Shown: in pieces, positions 25,918 through 34,833 of the stretch
How positions within the stretch are numbered: the stretch's first letter is position 1
Layout: the number at the start of each line of letters is the position of its first letter
Origin: Phycisphaeraceae bacterium
Lineage (GTDB): Bacteria > Planctomycetota > Phycisphaerae > Phycisphaerales > Phycisphaeraceae
NCBI GenBank assembly: GCA_020851465.1
Contig: JADZCR010000007.1
Coordinates: 1,561-65,560, forward strand
DNA: 64,000 nucleotides
Reading direction: 5' to 3'
The notes under the pieces: model-generated
Told to the model about the DNA's origin: nothing
What the model saw: only the letters and a program-made list of their open reading frames with translations
The model's database searches: none
Made by a program: the position numbers and the translations under genes

Positions 25918-27813
25918 TCATATCAGCGAATCTTCCTTGGAGATTCCCAGAGCCGGCCGCACGTCGAGTTGTACCAGCTTTTCCCGTTGGACTTTCTTAG
26001 CAGTTTCGGGGTCCACGTAGTCGCTGTGACAGGATGGCTTGGCAGCCGTATCCGTTGAGGTTGCCGTGTTTTTGCTGTCGGTGGTATCGTCGGTACCGCC
26101 AGTCATCGCTTTCTTTGTTTTGCTTGCGAGTTTGTGGATTTCATCGGGACTCAGTACGCCGCGCTTTGCCAGGATTTCCTGCTGCTGGGCGGTAAGAGCC
26201 GCGGACTTGATGGGCTTGTCCCACTCGTAGTTTTCATCTTTGCCGGAGCAGAACTCATTGATCTCCTTGCTGATCCGCACGCTGCACCAGTCGTGGCCGC
26301 ACATGGCGCAGAAGTCGGTGTCCACATCAAGGTCTTCATCGTGGTAGGCGCGGGCGGTGTCGGGATCGAATGACAGCTCGAAATGTTTCTGCCAGTTGAG
26401 GGCGGCGCGGGCCTTGGTCAACTCATCATCACGGTCGCGCGAGCCGGGGATACCCAGGGCCACGTCAGCCGCATGAGCCGCGATTTTGTAGGCAATACAG
26501 CCCTGTTTCACGTCATCCTTTTTCGGCAGGCCCAGATGTTCCTTGGGGGTCACGTAGCAGAGCATGCTCGCGCCGTGATAGGCGGCATACGTGGCACCGA
26601 TGCAACTGGTGATGTGGTCGTAACCGGGGAAAATGTCCGTTACCAGCGGGCCGAGCACGTAGAATGGCGCGCCATGGCAGAGCTGCCGTTCGAGTTTCAT
26701 GTTGTATTCGATCTGATCCACCGGCACGTGTCCGGGGCCTTCGATCATCACCTGCACGCCGTGGGTCCAGGCGCGTTCGGTCAGCTCACCCATGGTCGCC
26801 AGCTCGCGGAGCTGCGCCTGATCGGAGGCGTCCGCCAGTCCGCCGGGTCGCAAGCCGTCGCCGATAGAGAAGGTCACGTCATACTGCCGCATGATCCGGC
26901 AGATGTCATCCCAGTGGGTGAACATCGGATTCTGTTGGTTGTGAACGAGCATCCACTTGGCCAGCAGCGAGCCTCCACGGGAGACGATGCCGATGAGTCG
27001 TTTTCTGACAAAAGGCAGATGTTCGCGCAACACGCCGGCGTGGATTGTGAAATAGTCCACACCCTGCTTGGCCTGATGCTCGATCTGTTCGAGGATGAGG
27101 GGAGGAGTGAGGTCTTCGATCTTTCTCCCGATAATCATGGAATAGATCGGTACCGTGCCAATGGGTGTTGTCGATTCGCGGATGATCGCCTGTCGCGTCG
27201 CGTCGAGGTCACCACCCGTGCTCAGGTCCATGACCGTGTCGGCACCCCATTTTTCCGCCCACTTGAGCTTTTCGACTTCCTCATCGAGTGAGCTGGAAAC
27301 GGGAGAGGCTCCCATGTTGGCGTTGACTTTGGTCTTGCTCGCCCGGCCAATCGCCATTGGTTCGAGCTTGTACTTGAGATGCTGAATGTTGGCGGGGATG
27401 ACCATCCGGCCGGCTGCGACCTCATCGCGTACCTGCTGCGGTGTTAGGTGCGGTTCACGCTCCGCGACACGGCGCATCTCCGGCGTGATGGTTCCCAGTC
27501 GTGCATGCTCAAGCTGAGTGATGGGTTTGAAGTCCGCCGGTGCCCGCCACGCCTGTGCGTGTTCCTTGTTGGCCGGATCGACACATTCCCAGTCACCGGG
27601 CATGAAATCCCACGCGGTCTTGTCCGACGGCTCAGGCATGCCGGGTGTGTCCGGTGAGCTGAAGGTGTACCGACCCGCGAGGCCGGCAGCGATTTGCGGC
27701 TTTTTCGCAAAGCTGCCCGGTGTCGTACCTTGCGCATCAGTCGATGGATTCGCACCTAGCGGCGGCAGGGTGAAAGGTGCTTCGGTGGAAGCAGACGGAT
27801 TGGAACGGATCAT
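25918..27813 (-). CDS. thiC: phosphomethylpyrimidine synthase
   Basis: Conserved ThiC core ([21 protein letters not shown]) and C-terminal [13 protein letters not shown] (CX2CX4C). I place the start at ATG 27813, preceded by GAGGAG. The longer ORF start at 27870 lies inside the riboswitch expression platform. Confidence 0.93.
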   Translation of the reverse strand: MIRSNPSASTEAPFTLPPLGANPSTDAQGTTPGSFAKKPQIAAGLAGRYTFSSPDTPGMPEPSDKTAWDFMPGDWECVDPANKEHAQAWRAPADFKPITQLEHARLGTITPEMRRVAEREPHLTPQQVRDEVAAGRMVIPANIQHLKYKLEPMAIGRASKTKVNANMGASPVSSSLDEEVEKLKWAEKWGADTVMDLSTGGDLDATRQAIIRESTTPIGTVPIYSMIIGRKIEDLTPPLILEQIEHQAKQGVDYFTIHAGVLREHLPFVRKRLIGIVSRGGSLLAKWMLVHNQQNPMFTHWDDICRIMRQYDVTFSIGDGLRPGGLADASDQAQLRELATMGELTERAWTHGVQVMIEGPGHVPVDQIEYNMKLERQLCHGAPFYVLGPLVTDIFPGYDHITSCIGATYAAYHGASMLCYVTPKEHLGLPKKDDVKQGCIAYKIAAHAADVALGIPGSRDRDDELTKARAALNWQKHFELSFDPDTARAYHDEDLDVDTDFCAMCGHDWCSVRISKEINEFCSGKDENYEWDKPIKSAALTAQQQEILAKRGVLSPDEIHKLASKTKKAMTGGTDDTTDSKNTATSTDTAAKPSCHSDYVDPETAKKVQREKLVQLDVRPALGISKEDSLI

Positions 27814-27879
27814 GTCGAACTCCTCAAAAACAGCTTGGGAAGCTCGACTCGGAGAGCGACGCGGGAGCATCGCCCAGGA

Positions 27880-27978
27880 GTTCGCTTCCCTACGCCGGGG
27901 CCAGCCGGATCAGGTTCTAAGGGTTTGATCTCAGTCCAGCCCGCTGATGGCGCAGGCGACGGACACCCCTAGCGAACG
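27880..27978 (-). promoter_or_regulatory. TPP (THI-box) riboswitch in the thiC leader
   Basis: The minus-strand RNA reads GUUCGCUAGGGGUGUCC...GGACUGAGAUCAAACCCUUAGAACCUGAUCCGGCUGGCCCCGGCGUAGGGAAGCGAAC. It carries all hallmark THI-box elements (GGGGUG, CUGAGA, ACCCUU-GAACCUGAUCCGG, GCGUAGGGA) and a closing P1 (UUCGCU/AGCGAA). Confidence 0.9.
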
Positions 27979-27984
27979 CTTGGT

Positions 27985-27990
27985 ATTGTA
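27985..27990 (-). promoter_or_regulatory. candidate -10 box (TACAAT) for the thiC riboswitch transcript
   Basis: TACAAT on the minus strand lies about 7 nt upstream of the first P1 nucleotide. No convincing -35. Confidence 0.35.
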
Positions 27991-28077
27991 GCACCTTCAT
28001 TGCGCCGACGTCGGCGGTAAAGTCTTGGTTAGTCGAGCCTCCACCCGTCTCAACATCCTCAGAATAAAATCGTTCGC

Positions 28078-28746
28078 ATGTCCGAACCTGCTTTTATCAC
28101 CCGTCTGGTCGCCAGTGAGAAGCGTATTGATGAAGTGGTGGTGATGGTGGGTCAGCGTGTCGTCGCGACGCTGCCCCTATCGGTCGTCATGGAAGCAGGC
28201 CTGAAAGTGGGGCAGGCGTGGGACGGAGCGTTGGCAGCACGAGTCAAGTCACTGGCGGATTTCAACCGTGCGGTGTCCGCAGCGATGAAAGCGGTGGGAC
28301 GCCGTCCGCTCAGCATTCGCAGGCTTGAGGGAAAGATGCGAAAGGCTGGTCATGACGACGACACGATCGCGCGTGTGGTCGAGCGGATGAAGGGCCTTGG
28401 CGCACTGGATGATGAAAAATTTGGCCGGGCACTGGTGGCGGAAATCCAGTCGCATAAACTAGCCGGCCCCGCGCTGCTCCGCGCCAAACTCCAGCAACGC
28501 GGGCTGGAACAGCGACTGATTGCAAAACTTCTGCGAGAAACAGCGGAAGATCCCGCCCGTGATGCGGTCGCCGACGCCAGAGAGCTGGCTCGGAAAAAAC
28601 TGCGCGGTCTCAGCCGACTCGAACCCGTGACCCGGAAACGTCGTCTCTGGGGTATGCTCGCTCGACGAGGGTTCGACTCGGAGACGATCTCAACGGCATT
28701 GTCGGGATTGACAGAGTTGAGCGGCTCAAGCGAGGAGGAGTTTTAG
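28078..28746 (+). CDS. recX: recombination regulator RecX
   Basis: 222 aa. Three-helix repeat pattern (RRLEGKMRKAGHDDDTIARVVERMKGLGALDDEKFGRALV; LLRAKLQQRGLEQRLIAKLL; MLARRGFDSETISTAL) typical of RecX. Confidence 0.8.
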   Translation: MSEPAFITRLVASEKRIDEVVVMVGQRVVATLPLSVVMEAGLKVGQAWDGALAARVKSLADFNRAVSAAMKAVGRRPLSIRRLEGKMRKAGHDDDTIARVVERMKGLGALDDEKFGRALVAEIQSHKLAGPALLRAKLQQRGLEQRLIAKLLRETAEDPARDAVADARELARKKLRGLSRLEPVTRKRRLWGMLARRGFDSETISTALSGLTELSGSSEEEF

Positions 28747-28776
28747 GGCGTCAGGACCGCAGGACTTCATCCCTGG

Positions 28777-29301
28777 TCAAGTCGTCACCCCAGAGGACGA
28801 AAGTTTGCCGTCTTTAGATTTGCTGATGAGTCTGATATTTTCGATGCGAAGGGCCTTGTCAATAGCCTTGGTCATGTCGTAGAGCGTCAGACACGCGACG
28901 CTCACCGCCACCAGTGCCTCCATTTCGACACCTGTGCGAGCTGCGATGCTGGCACTGGCGGTGACGCGGACAACATTCGACGCGGTTCGGGCGAAGTCAA
29001 CCGATACGTGATCCAGCGGCAGCGAATGGCAAAGCGGGATCAGCGCATCGGTACGTTTGGCAGCGGAGATGCCGGCAATGCGAGCGACGGCGAGGGCTTC
29101 ACCCTTGGGCAGGTCGCCACGCAGCAGGCGGTCCAATGTGGCTGGCGCGGCGACAAAGTCCCCCGATGCGATGGCGACACGATGGACGATCGGCTTATGG
29201 CCAACGCCCACCATTCGGGCTCGCCCAGCTTCATCCAGATGCGTCAGCTTGGTTCGAGATGGGCGGTCGGCAGTCTTTGATGAGGAGCGTTGGCGCGGCA
29301 T
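28777..29301 (-). CDS. moaC: cyclic pyranopterin monophosphate synthase
   Basis: LTHLDEAGRARMVGVGHKP, LIPLCHSLPL and GVEMEALVAVSVACLTLYDMTKA are MoaC signatures. ATG 29301 is preferred over 29334 because TACAAT lies 6 nt upstream. Confidence 0.9.
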   Translation of the reverse strand: MPRQRSSSKTADRPSRTKLTHLDEAGRARMVGVGHKPIVHRVAIASGDFVAAPATLDRLLRGDLPKGEALAVARIAGISAAKRTDALIPLCHSLPLDHVSVDFARTASNVVRVTASASIAARTGVEMEALVAVSVACLTLYDMTKAIDKALRIENIRLISKSKDGKLSSSGVTT

Positions 29302-29391
29302 GGCAAGATTGTAATCGACATCGCAGCGGATCACGTGTGACGGATTACATCATCACCCTCCCAACTTAATCGCTGCCGTTACAATGCCATC

Positions 29392-29817
29392 ATGCCCGCA
29401 AGGCGATTGCTCATCATGTTGGCACTTCTGACGTCGGCTGGCTGCGTCGAGCGGACGATCAGCATCACGTCCGAACCTGACGGCGCACTGGTGTACCTCA
29501 ACGATGAGGAAGTCGGCCGTACGCCTGTGACCGTACCGTTTACCTACTACGGCACCTATGACGTGCGACTGGAACACGAGGGCTACCAACCCCTGTGGAC
29601 GCAACAGCGTGCCAAGGCTCCCTGGTGGGAAGCACCGGGCCCGGACCTGCTGGCGGAAGTCAAACCGCACAACAAAACGGAACAGGTCTGGCATTTCACG
29701 ATGAAGCCGGAAGAACCGGTTGACCACGATACGCTGGTCGATCGCGCCCGTCAGCTCCGCGCTTCGCTATCTGATCAAATCCAGCCAACGCCGACGACAC
29801 AACCAGACCGCCAATAG
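29392..29817 (+). CDS. PEGA-domain lipoprotein
   Basis: Lipobox LLTSAGC, followed by ISITSEPDGALVYLNDEEVGRTPVTVPFTYYGTYDVRLEHEGY (PEGA domain). Confidence 0.8.
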   Translation: MPARRLLIMLALLTSAGCVERTISITSEPDGALVYLNDEEVGRTPVTVPFTYYGTYDVRLEHEGYQPLWTQQRAKAPWWEAPGPDLLAEVKPHNKTEQVWHFTMKPEEPVDHDTLVDRARQLRASLSDQIQPTPTTQPDRQ

Positions 29818-29833
29818 CACGGCTCGATACCCG

Positions 29834-30373
29834 TTATCTGGGCGCTTTTGTTGACGATCCATCCAGCGGATTCACAAAGAGCAGATATTTTTCGACGATC
29901 CTGCCATTGACGAGATGTTCGTCCACGATTTGTCGGAGTGCTTCAGGCGTGCATCGGCCGTACCACGTACCTTCGGGATAGACGACGGCAATCGGCCCGC
30001 CCTGACACACTTTCATGCACTGCGTCTTCGTCGCCCACGGGTGCGCACAGCCGTCGAGACCCAATTCTTTGACACGTTCCTTGAGGTAGTCCCACGATCG
30101 TTTCATCTCTTTGCGGCCGGCGCATGCGGCTTCTTCGGTGTCACAACAGAGGAAGATGTGTCGCTGGATGGAGGTCAGGCCGAGTTTTCGCGCGCTTTGC
30201 CGTGCCTTGTGCAATTCGTGGGTGAGATCGTCGGACAAGGTGACACTCCGATACCGCGGATCAAAGTAATCCGAACAAAGGATAGGCGCGATGCGAGAAA
30301 AAAGGCGCGAACGTCCGTGAGGCATATCCGTCAGAGGTTGGGAAGCCTTGGTTCGCAGAAATTGAAACAGCAT
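29834..30373 (-). CDS. thioredoxin-like [2Fe-2S] ferredoxin family protein (paralog 2)
   Basis: RHIFLCCD...AACAG...[25 protein letters not shown]. About half of the positions are identical to the upstream paralog. Start uncertain (30373 or ATG 30325). Confidence 0.7.
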   Translation of the reverse strand: MLFQFLRTKASQPLTDMPHGRSRLFSRIAPILCSDYFDPRYRSVTLSDDLTHELHKARQSARKLGLTSIQRHIFLCCDTEEAACAGRKEMKRSWDYLKERVKELGLDGCAHPWATKTQCMKVCQGGPIAVVYPEGTWYGRCTPEALRQIVDEHLVNGRIVEKYLLFVNPLDGSSTKAPR

Positions 30374-30476
30374 AGTTCAGCAACAGACCTTGCCTAGGCT
30401 TAATGAGGACGACCGATACATGCACCGAGAGCAAGGATGCTTCGCTCCGCACACGTTAAACGGATGCGCGATCCTA

Positions 30477-30914
30477 TTACGGTTGCGGTTTGTTGAGATG
30501 CGGCTTCGTAGTCTCAGATGAGTTCGTCTGACAACCGAGAGATCCGGCTGCGATCAGGTGTTCCTCAACGATGCGTCCGCCAATGAGGTGTTGCGTTATG
30601 ATTTTTTCGAGCACTGCGGGATCGCATCCGCCGTACCACGCACCTTCGGGATAGACGACGGCAATTGGCCCGCCGCGGCAGATGCGCAGGCAGTTGGCTT
30701 TGGTTCGCGCGACGCCGCCTTGTTCGGACAGGCCCAGTTCCTTGAGTCGGGTTTTGAGGAATTCCCATGCGACGAGCGAGCGTTGTTTGTCGCAGCACTT
30801 GGGGTTGGTCTGATCGCAGCAGAGGAAGATGTGTCGCCCGGTCGCAGGCAGGCCCAGCGATTTCGCGACTTTTCGTTGTTCTGCCAGTTCCTGGGGTGAT
30901 GCGGGTTCGTTCAT
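30477..30914 (-). CDS. thioredoxin-like [2Fe-2S] ferredoxin family protein (paralog 1)
   Basis: [17 protein letters not shown]...[25 protein letters not shown] (C-x3-C plus upstream Cys pairs). ATGA overlap with the kpsF stop. Confidence 0.75.
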   Translation of the reverse strand: MNEPASPQELAEQRKVAKSLGLPATGRHIFLCCDQTNPKCCDKQRSLVAWEFLKTRLKELGLSEQGGVARTKANCLRICRGGPIAVVYPEGAWYGGCDPAVLEKIITQHLIGGRIVEEHLIAAGSLGCQTNSSETTKPHLNKPQP

Positions 30915-31957
30915 CCTTCGATTACTTTCAAGGCCATGAGGTCGAGCACGTCGATGAGGCCGAGCACCTTGCCCGTTTCGTCCACGACGGGAATTTCATC
31001 GAAGCGGAATTCGCGGACCATCTGCACAGCATCGCGCACTAATGCTGCATGGGTCAGGACGCGGGGGTTTCGAGTCATGAACCGTCCGATCGGCTGCTGC
31101 CACGAGGACAGACCGTGCTTGATGAACGTGTTTCGCAGGTCGCCATCGGTAAAGAGTCCCGCCAGCGTGCCGTCCGGATGGACGATGATCATTGCGCCTA
31201 CACGACGACCGCCTTTGGAAAATTCTCCGGCATAGGCATACGCCTGTTCGATGGTCATCTCCGGCTGGATGAGGGGGAGGTTTTTCCCCGCATGAAGACG
31301 CATGGCTTCGGTGACGGGCATGAGGTGTCGCCCCAGTCCGCCGCCGGGATGAACTTTCTTGAAATCTTCGATACCGAAGTTCCGTCGCCTGCTGACGCAG
31401 AGTGCCAGCGCATCCCCCAGGGCGAGCATGGCAGTGGTGCTGGCGGTGGGGGCGAGGTTGAGCGGGCAGGCCTCGGTTACATCACCGATGCAGAGTGTGA
31501 CAGCCGCGAGTCGGCCCAGGTCGCACGCCTGTTTACCTGTGATGGCGATGACCGGCACGCCGTCCTGTCGCAGCAGCGTCGCCAGCGCGACGATCTCTTC
31601 GGTGTTACCTGAATAAGAAAGTGCCAGCACCACATCGACGGCACGAACGCGGCCCAAGTCGCCGTGCATCGCTTCGGTCGGATACAGAAAATGGCTCGGT
31701 GTACCCGTGGAAGCGAAGGTGGCGGAAAGTTTCTGACCGATGAAATGGCTCTTGCCCAGCCCGGTCACCACGACCGCTCCGCTCCCAGTCTGCGCGGTGT
31801 TGCCGGTCCGTTCCAGGATCAGATCAACCGCACGGTCAAATGCCTCGTCGATCAATACCCGTGCTACTGCGTCGGCTTCCGCGCGGAGTACCCCCTGGGC
31901 AAACTCCCGCTGAGTTTGCTCCGGTACCGCTGCAGGCTCGCCACGTGCTTTATTCAT
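30911..31957 (-). CDS. kpsF: KpsF/GutQ-family arabinose-5-phosphate isomerase (SIS + CBS pair)
   Basis: SIS motif [39 protein letters not shown], and tandem CBS domains at the C-terminus. Confidence 0.88.
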   Translation of the reverse strand: MNKARGEPAAVPEQTQREFAQGVLRAEADAVARVLIDEAFDRAVDLILERTGNTAQTGSGAVVVTGLGKSHFIGQKLSATFASTGTPSHFLYPTEAMHGDLGRVRAVDVVLALSYSGNTEEIVALATLLRQDGVPVIAITGKQACDLGRLAAVTLCIGDVTEACPLNLAPTASTTAMLALGDALALCVSRRRNFGIEDFKKVHPGGGLGRHLMPVTEAMRLHAGKNLPLIQPEMTIEQAYAYAGEFSKGGRRVGAMIIVHPDGTLAGLFTDGDLRNTFIKHGLSSWQQPIGRFMTRNPRVLTHAALVRDAVQMVREFRFDEIPVVDETGKVLGLIDVLDLMALKVIEG

Positions 31958-32058
31958 GCTGCGTAAATGGGTAAACTCGACATTATGCGAGGGCCATTCC
32001 GGTCCCGCAAACCCGGCGATACCCGCACCGGCGGGAACGCGAAGTCACGGAGGACATC

Positions 32059-33096
32059 ATGCCCCGCACGCTGGAAGACTACCGAGTCGAGCTTGACTTC
32101 TATGCCGGCCCGCTCGATCTGTTGCTCCATCTGGTCAAGCGGCATGAGATCGATCTCAACGATATCCCCCTCGCCCGACTCACCGAGCAGTACCTCGAAC
32201 ACCTTCGTGTGATCGAACAGATTGACGTTGATCTGGCAGGTGAATTTCTGGTGATGGCTGCGACTCTGCTGGAGATTAAAAGCCAGATGCTCGTGCCTCG
32301 TCCGGAGATGGCCGAGGGTGAGACCGCCCTTACCGCGACGACGGAAAATCCGCTCGATCCGCGCTATGAGCTTGTGCAGCAGTTGCTCGCCTATAAGCGG
32401 TTCAAAGATGCGGCGAACGGTCTGGAGCATCGCCGCCGTGAATGGGAATCGCGTTTTGCCCGCGCGGGGAATTCTGCGCCGGCGAGGAAGACGCTTGCGG
32501 AGCTGGAAGCCGAAGGCCGAAACGAAGACTCCGAACCGGTTGAGATCGACCTTGAAGATGTGCATGTGCTCGATCTATGTGCTGCGTTTTCGCGGATTCT
32601 CGACTCGATCGGACAGAACAAGAGCCATCAGGTCACCTACGACGATACGCCTATCGCCCTGCACGCGGACGACATCGTGGATCGGCTCCAGCGCGACGGT
32701 GCGATGTCGTTACAGGCGATTTTTGTTGGACGTCAATCACGGAGTGAGATGATCGGCCTGTTTCTGGCGACGCTGGAACTGGTTCGGCAGCGTCGCGTGC
32801 GCGTGCTTCAGGATCGGGCAGCGGGGGAGATCAAGCTCGAGCTGCGCCCGGAGGCGGATCAGGTCATCTCCGAGGATAAGGCTACCGATTGGCGCGACCC
32901 TCAGACGGGAGAAATGCAGTACGAATGGCCGAGCGAAGATGCGAGGCTCCGCGCTCAGCGTAGGGCGAAACTGCGTGCCAGCTACATCGCCCGCAGGAAA
33001 GCGGGAGAAGCTGTACCCGATGAAGAAGTCATCGACGTGGATGATGAGATCGAATCGAGCGACGAAGAGGCCAGCCAAGACGACCAGACGGTATAG
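32059..33096 (+). CDS. scpA: segregation and condensation protein A
   Basis: SD GGAGGA. LDFYAGPLDLLLHLVKRHEIDLNDIPLARLTEQYLEHL is the canonical ScpA N-terminus. 345 aa with an acidic C-terminal extension of about 80 aa. No scpB downstream. Confidence 0.85.
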   Translation: MPRTLEDYRVELDFYAGPLDLLLHLVKRHEIDLNDIPLARLTEQYLEHLRVIEQIDVDLAGEFLVMAATLLEIKSQMLVPRPEMAEGETALTATTENPLDPRYELVQQLLAYKRFKDAANGLEHRRREWESRFARAGNSAPARKTLAELEAEGRNEDSEPVEIDLEDVHVLDLCAAFSRILDSIGQNKSHQVTYDDTPIALHADDIVDRLQRDGAMSLQAIFVGRQSRSEMIGLFLATLELVRQRRVRVLQDRAAGEIKLELRPEADQVISEDKATDWRDPQTGEMQYEWPSEDARLRAQRRAKLRASYIARRKAGEAVPDEEVIDVDDEIESSDEEASQDDQTV

Positions 33097-33295
33097 AGCT
33101 TATTCGGATTTTCGATCACTCGTCGATCGATCACCCACACATTGAGCGCAGTGGTTTACGGCACGCGGCTTGTCGAACGTTGTCTCTCAAGTCACATCAT
33201 TACGCACCGTTCCTCACGCACGGAGAGTGGAGGCGTCACCGCATGCTTTCATTTATGCTCATTCGGATAGATTTTTGATCTTCCGCGCGTGATCT

Positions 33296-34414
33296 TCATC
33301 CGAAACGAACGGAGTAAACCGGCGGCAGGTGCTCGCTCACAGTCTGCCAGGTATCGCCCTGATTTTCCGTCACCCATAACGAGCCGGTCGTCGTGCCAAA
33401 GGCCAATCGGTTCCCGCTGCGGTCGATGTCCAGAGCATGACGAAAGGTGAGGTCGTAGGCGTGTTCCTGCGGCAGACCGTTGCGCAATGCCTCGAAGGTT
33501 TTTCCGCCATCACGTGTGCGCGTTACACATACCTGGCCGTTGGCTGCGACGCGCTGTTCATCCTTGATGCCGGGTACAAACCATGCGGTATCAGGTTTCG
33601 TGGGATGGACAGCGACTGCGAAGCCGAAGGCCGAAGGTTTGACGTTCTTAATCTCCGTCCACGATTTGGAACTATCGGTTGTTCGGAAGATACCGTTGTG
33701 ATGCTGGATCCAGAGGTTGTCGGGCTGTGTCGGACACTGCACCATGCGATGAGCGTCCTGGCCGTCGGGGTTGTATGCCTGATCGGGGGGCAGATAGTCG
33801 GAGCGCAGGCCGTGTCCGGTCTGTCCCCATGATTTACCGGCATCGGTCGTGGTCCAGACACCGCCGCATGAGATGGCGATGCGAATGGTTTTAGAGTCAC
33901 GGGGATCGACGCAGATGGAGTGGGGTGCTGGCCAATCCGTGCCGCCTCCGACCCAGGCTCTCCGACCGGGGTGATCCCATAACGCGCGGTTCAACTCCCA
34001 CGATTCACCTGCGTCTTCCGAATAAAAGACCCCACCCGGTGCGGTGCCGCACCAGAGCGTGCCTTTGCGTGCGGGGTCCGCGACTTCGAGCGCCCAGATA
34101 CCTTCGAGATTCCAGGGAATCGGAACCTTGCGCATTGGGCAGATGTCATCAGCATTTTCAGGGCGGGCCGGATACTTGGGCACCGCGACTTCGATCCACG
34201 TCGCGCCGTTATCACGAGTGCGCTGGAGTTTGCGCCCCCAGTGGCCGTGGTCGATCACGGCATACAGCGTACCGCCCGGATCACGTGCGTCGGCGAGCAT
34301 CAGCGGCACCGGCGCGCCGAGAAAGTCCACACGGTCGATGCTCCACTTCGCTGCGGGCCCTCGTTTAATCGTGAACAGCCCCTTACGCGTGCCGACGAGT
34401 AGTCGCTCGGACAT
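33296..34414 (-). CDS. BNR/Asp-box repeat beta-propeller protein (sialidase/Ycf48-like fold)
   Basis: Six Asp-box-like motifs (TRDNGATW, SEDAGESW, TTDAGKSW, TTDSSKSW, TRDGGKTF, TENQGDTW). AAGGAG lies 8 nt before ATG 34414; the ORF track opens at 34444. Confidence 0.8.
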   Translation of the reverse strand: MSERLLVGTRKGLFTIKRGPAAKWSIDRVDFLGAPVPLMLADARDPGGTLYAVIDHGHWGRKLQRTRDNGATWIEVAVPKYPARPENADDICPMRKVPIPWNLEGIWALEVADPARKGTLWCGTAPGGVFYSEDAGESWELNRALWDHPGRRAWVGGGTDWPAPHSICVDPRDSKTIRIAISCGGVWTTTDAGKSWGQTGHGLRSDYLPPDQAYNPDGQDAHRMVQCPTQPDNLWIQHHNGIFRTTDSSKSWTEIKNVKPSAFGFAVAVHPTKPDTAWFVPGIKDEQRVAANGQVCVTRTRDGGKTFEALRNGLPQEHAYDLTFRHALDIDRSGNRLAFGTTTGSLWVTENQGDTWQTVSEHLPPVYSVRFG

Positions 34415-34473
34415 GGACGCGGCTCCTTGATAGCGTGATGCCATCAGGCGGATCGGAGTTCGCCTGTTTTCTT

Positions 34474-34743
34474 TTAACCCCCGGAAAGCGCCTGCATCAC
34501 GTCTATCTGAGCGCTGGGGCTTACCGCATCGGAAAGTGCGGTACGGTCAAGGATCGGCAGACCGTCAACGAAAACATTCACATGCTTGCGCAATGCACCC
34601 TGATCGTCCAGAAGATACCCGCGGACCACAGGAGCTTCGGCAAACACCGCTTCGAGTGATTCACGAACGGTGCGGCCTTCCACTTCTCGCGGCGCACACT
34701 TCACATAACGCTGGATATTCTGCGTGAAACGAATGTGGGGCAT
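34474..34743 (-). CDS. MoaD/ThiS-family ubiquitin-like small protein ending in Gly-Gly
   Basis: MPHIRFTQNIQRYV...VNVFVDGLPILDRTALSDAVSPSAQIDVMQALSGG* has beta-grasp length and pattern with a terminal GG. Start could also be ATG 34761 or 34812. Confidence 0.6.
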   Translation of the reverse strand: MPHIRFTQNIQRYVKCAPREVEGRTVRESLEAVFAEAPVVRGYLLDDQGALRKHVNVFVDGLPILDRTALSDAVSPSAQIDVMQALSGG

Positions 34744-34833
34744 CGGTTCGCAGCTCCGCATAAGACCCACGAGTGTCCACAATAGAATCACGGCAAAACC
34801 GCAGCCATGCAACGGCTGACACTTTACGGGTGA

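Noticed and set aside
26383-27291. 302-aa plus-strand ORF
   Set aside because: Antisense shadow of thiC.
27814-27870. N-terminal 19 codons of the longest thiC ORF
   Set aside because: The upstream ATG lies between the TPP aptamer and the GAGGAG SD serving ATG 27813, so it is most likely untranslated leader.
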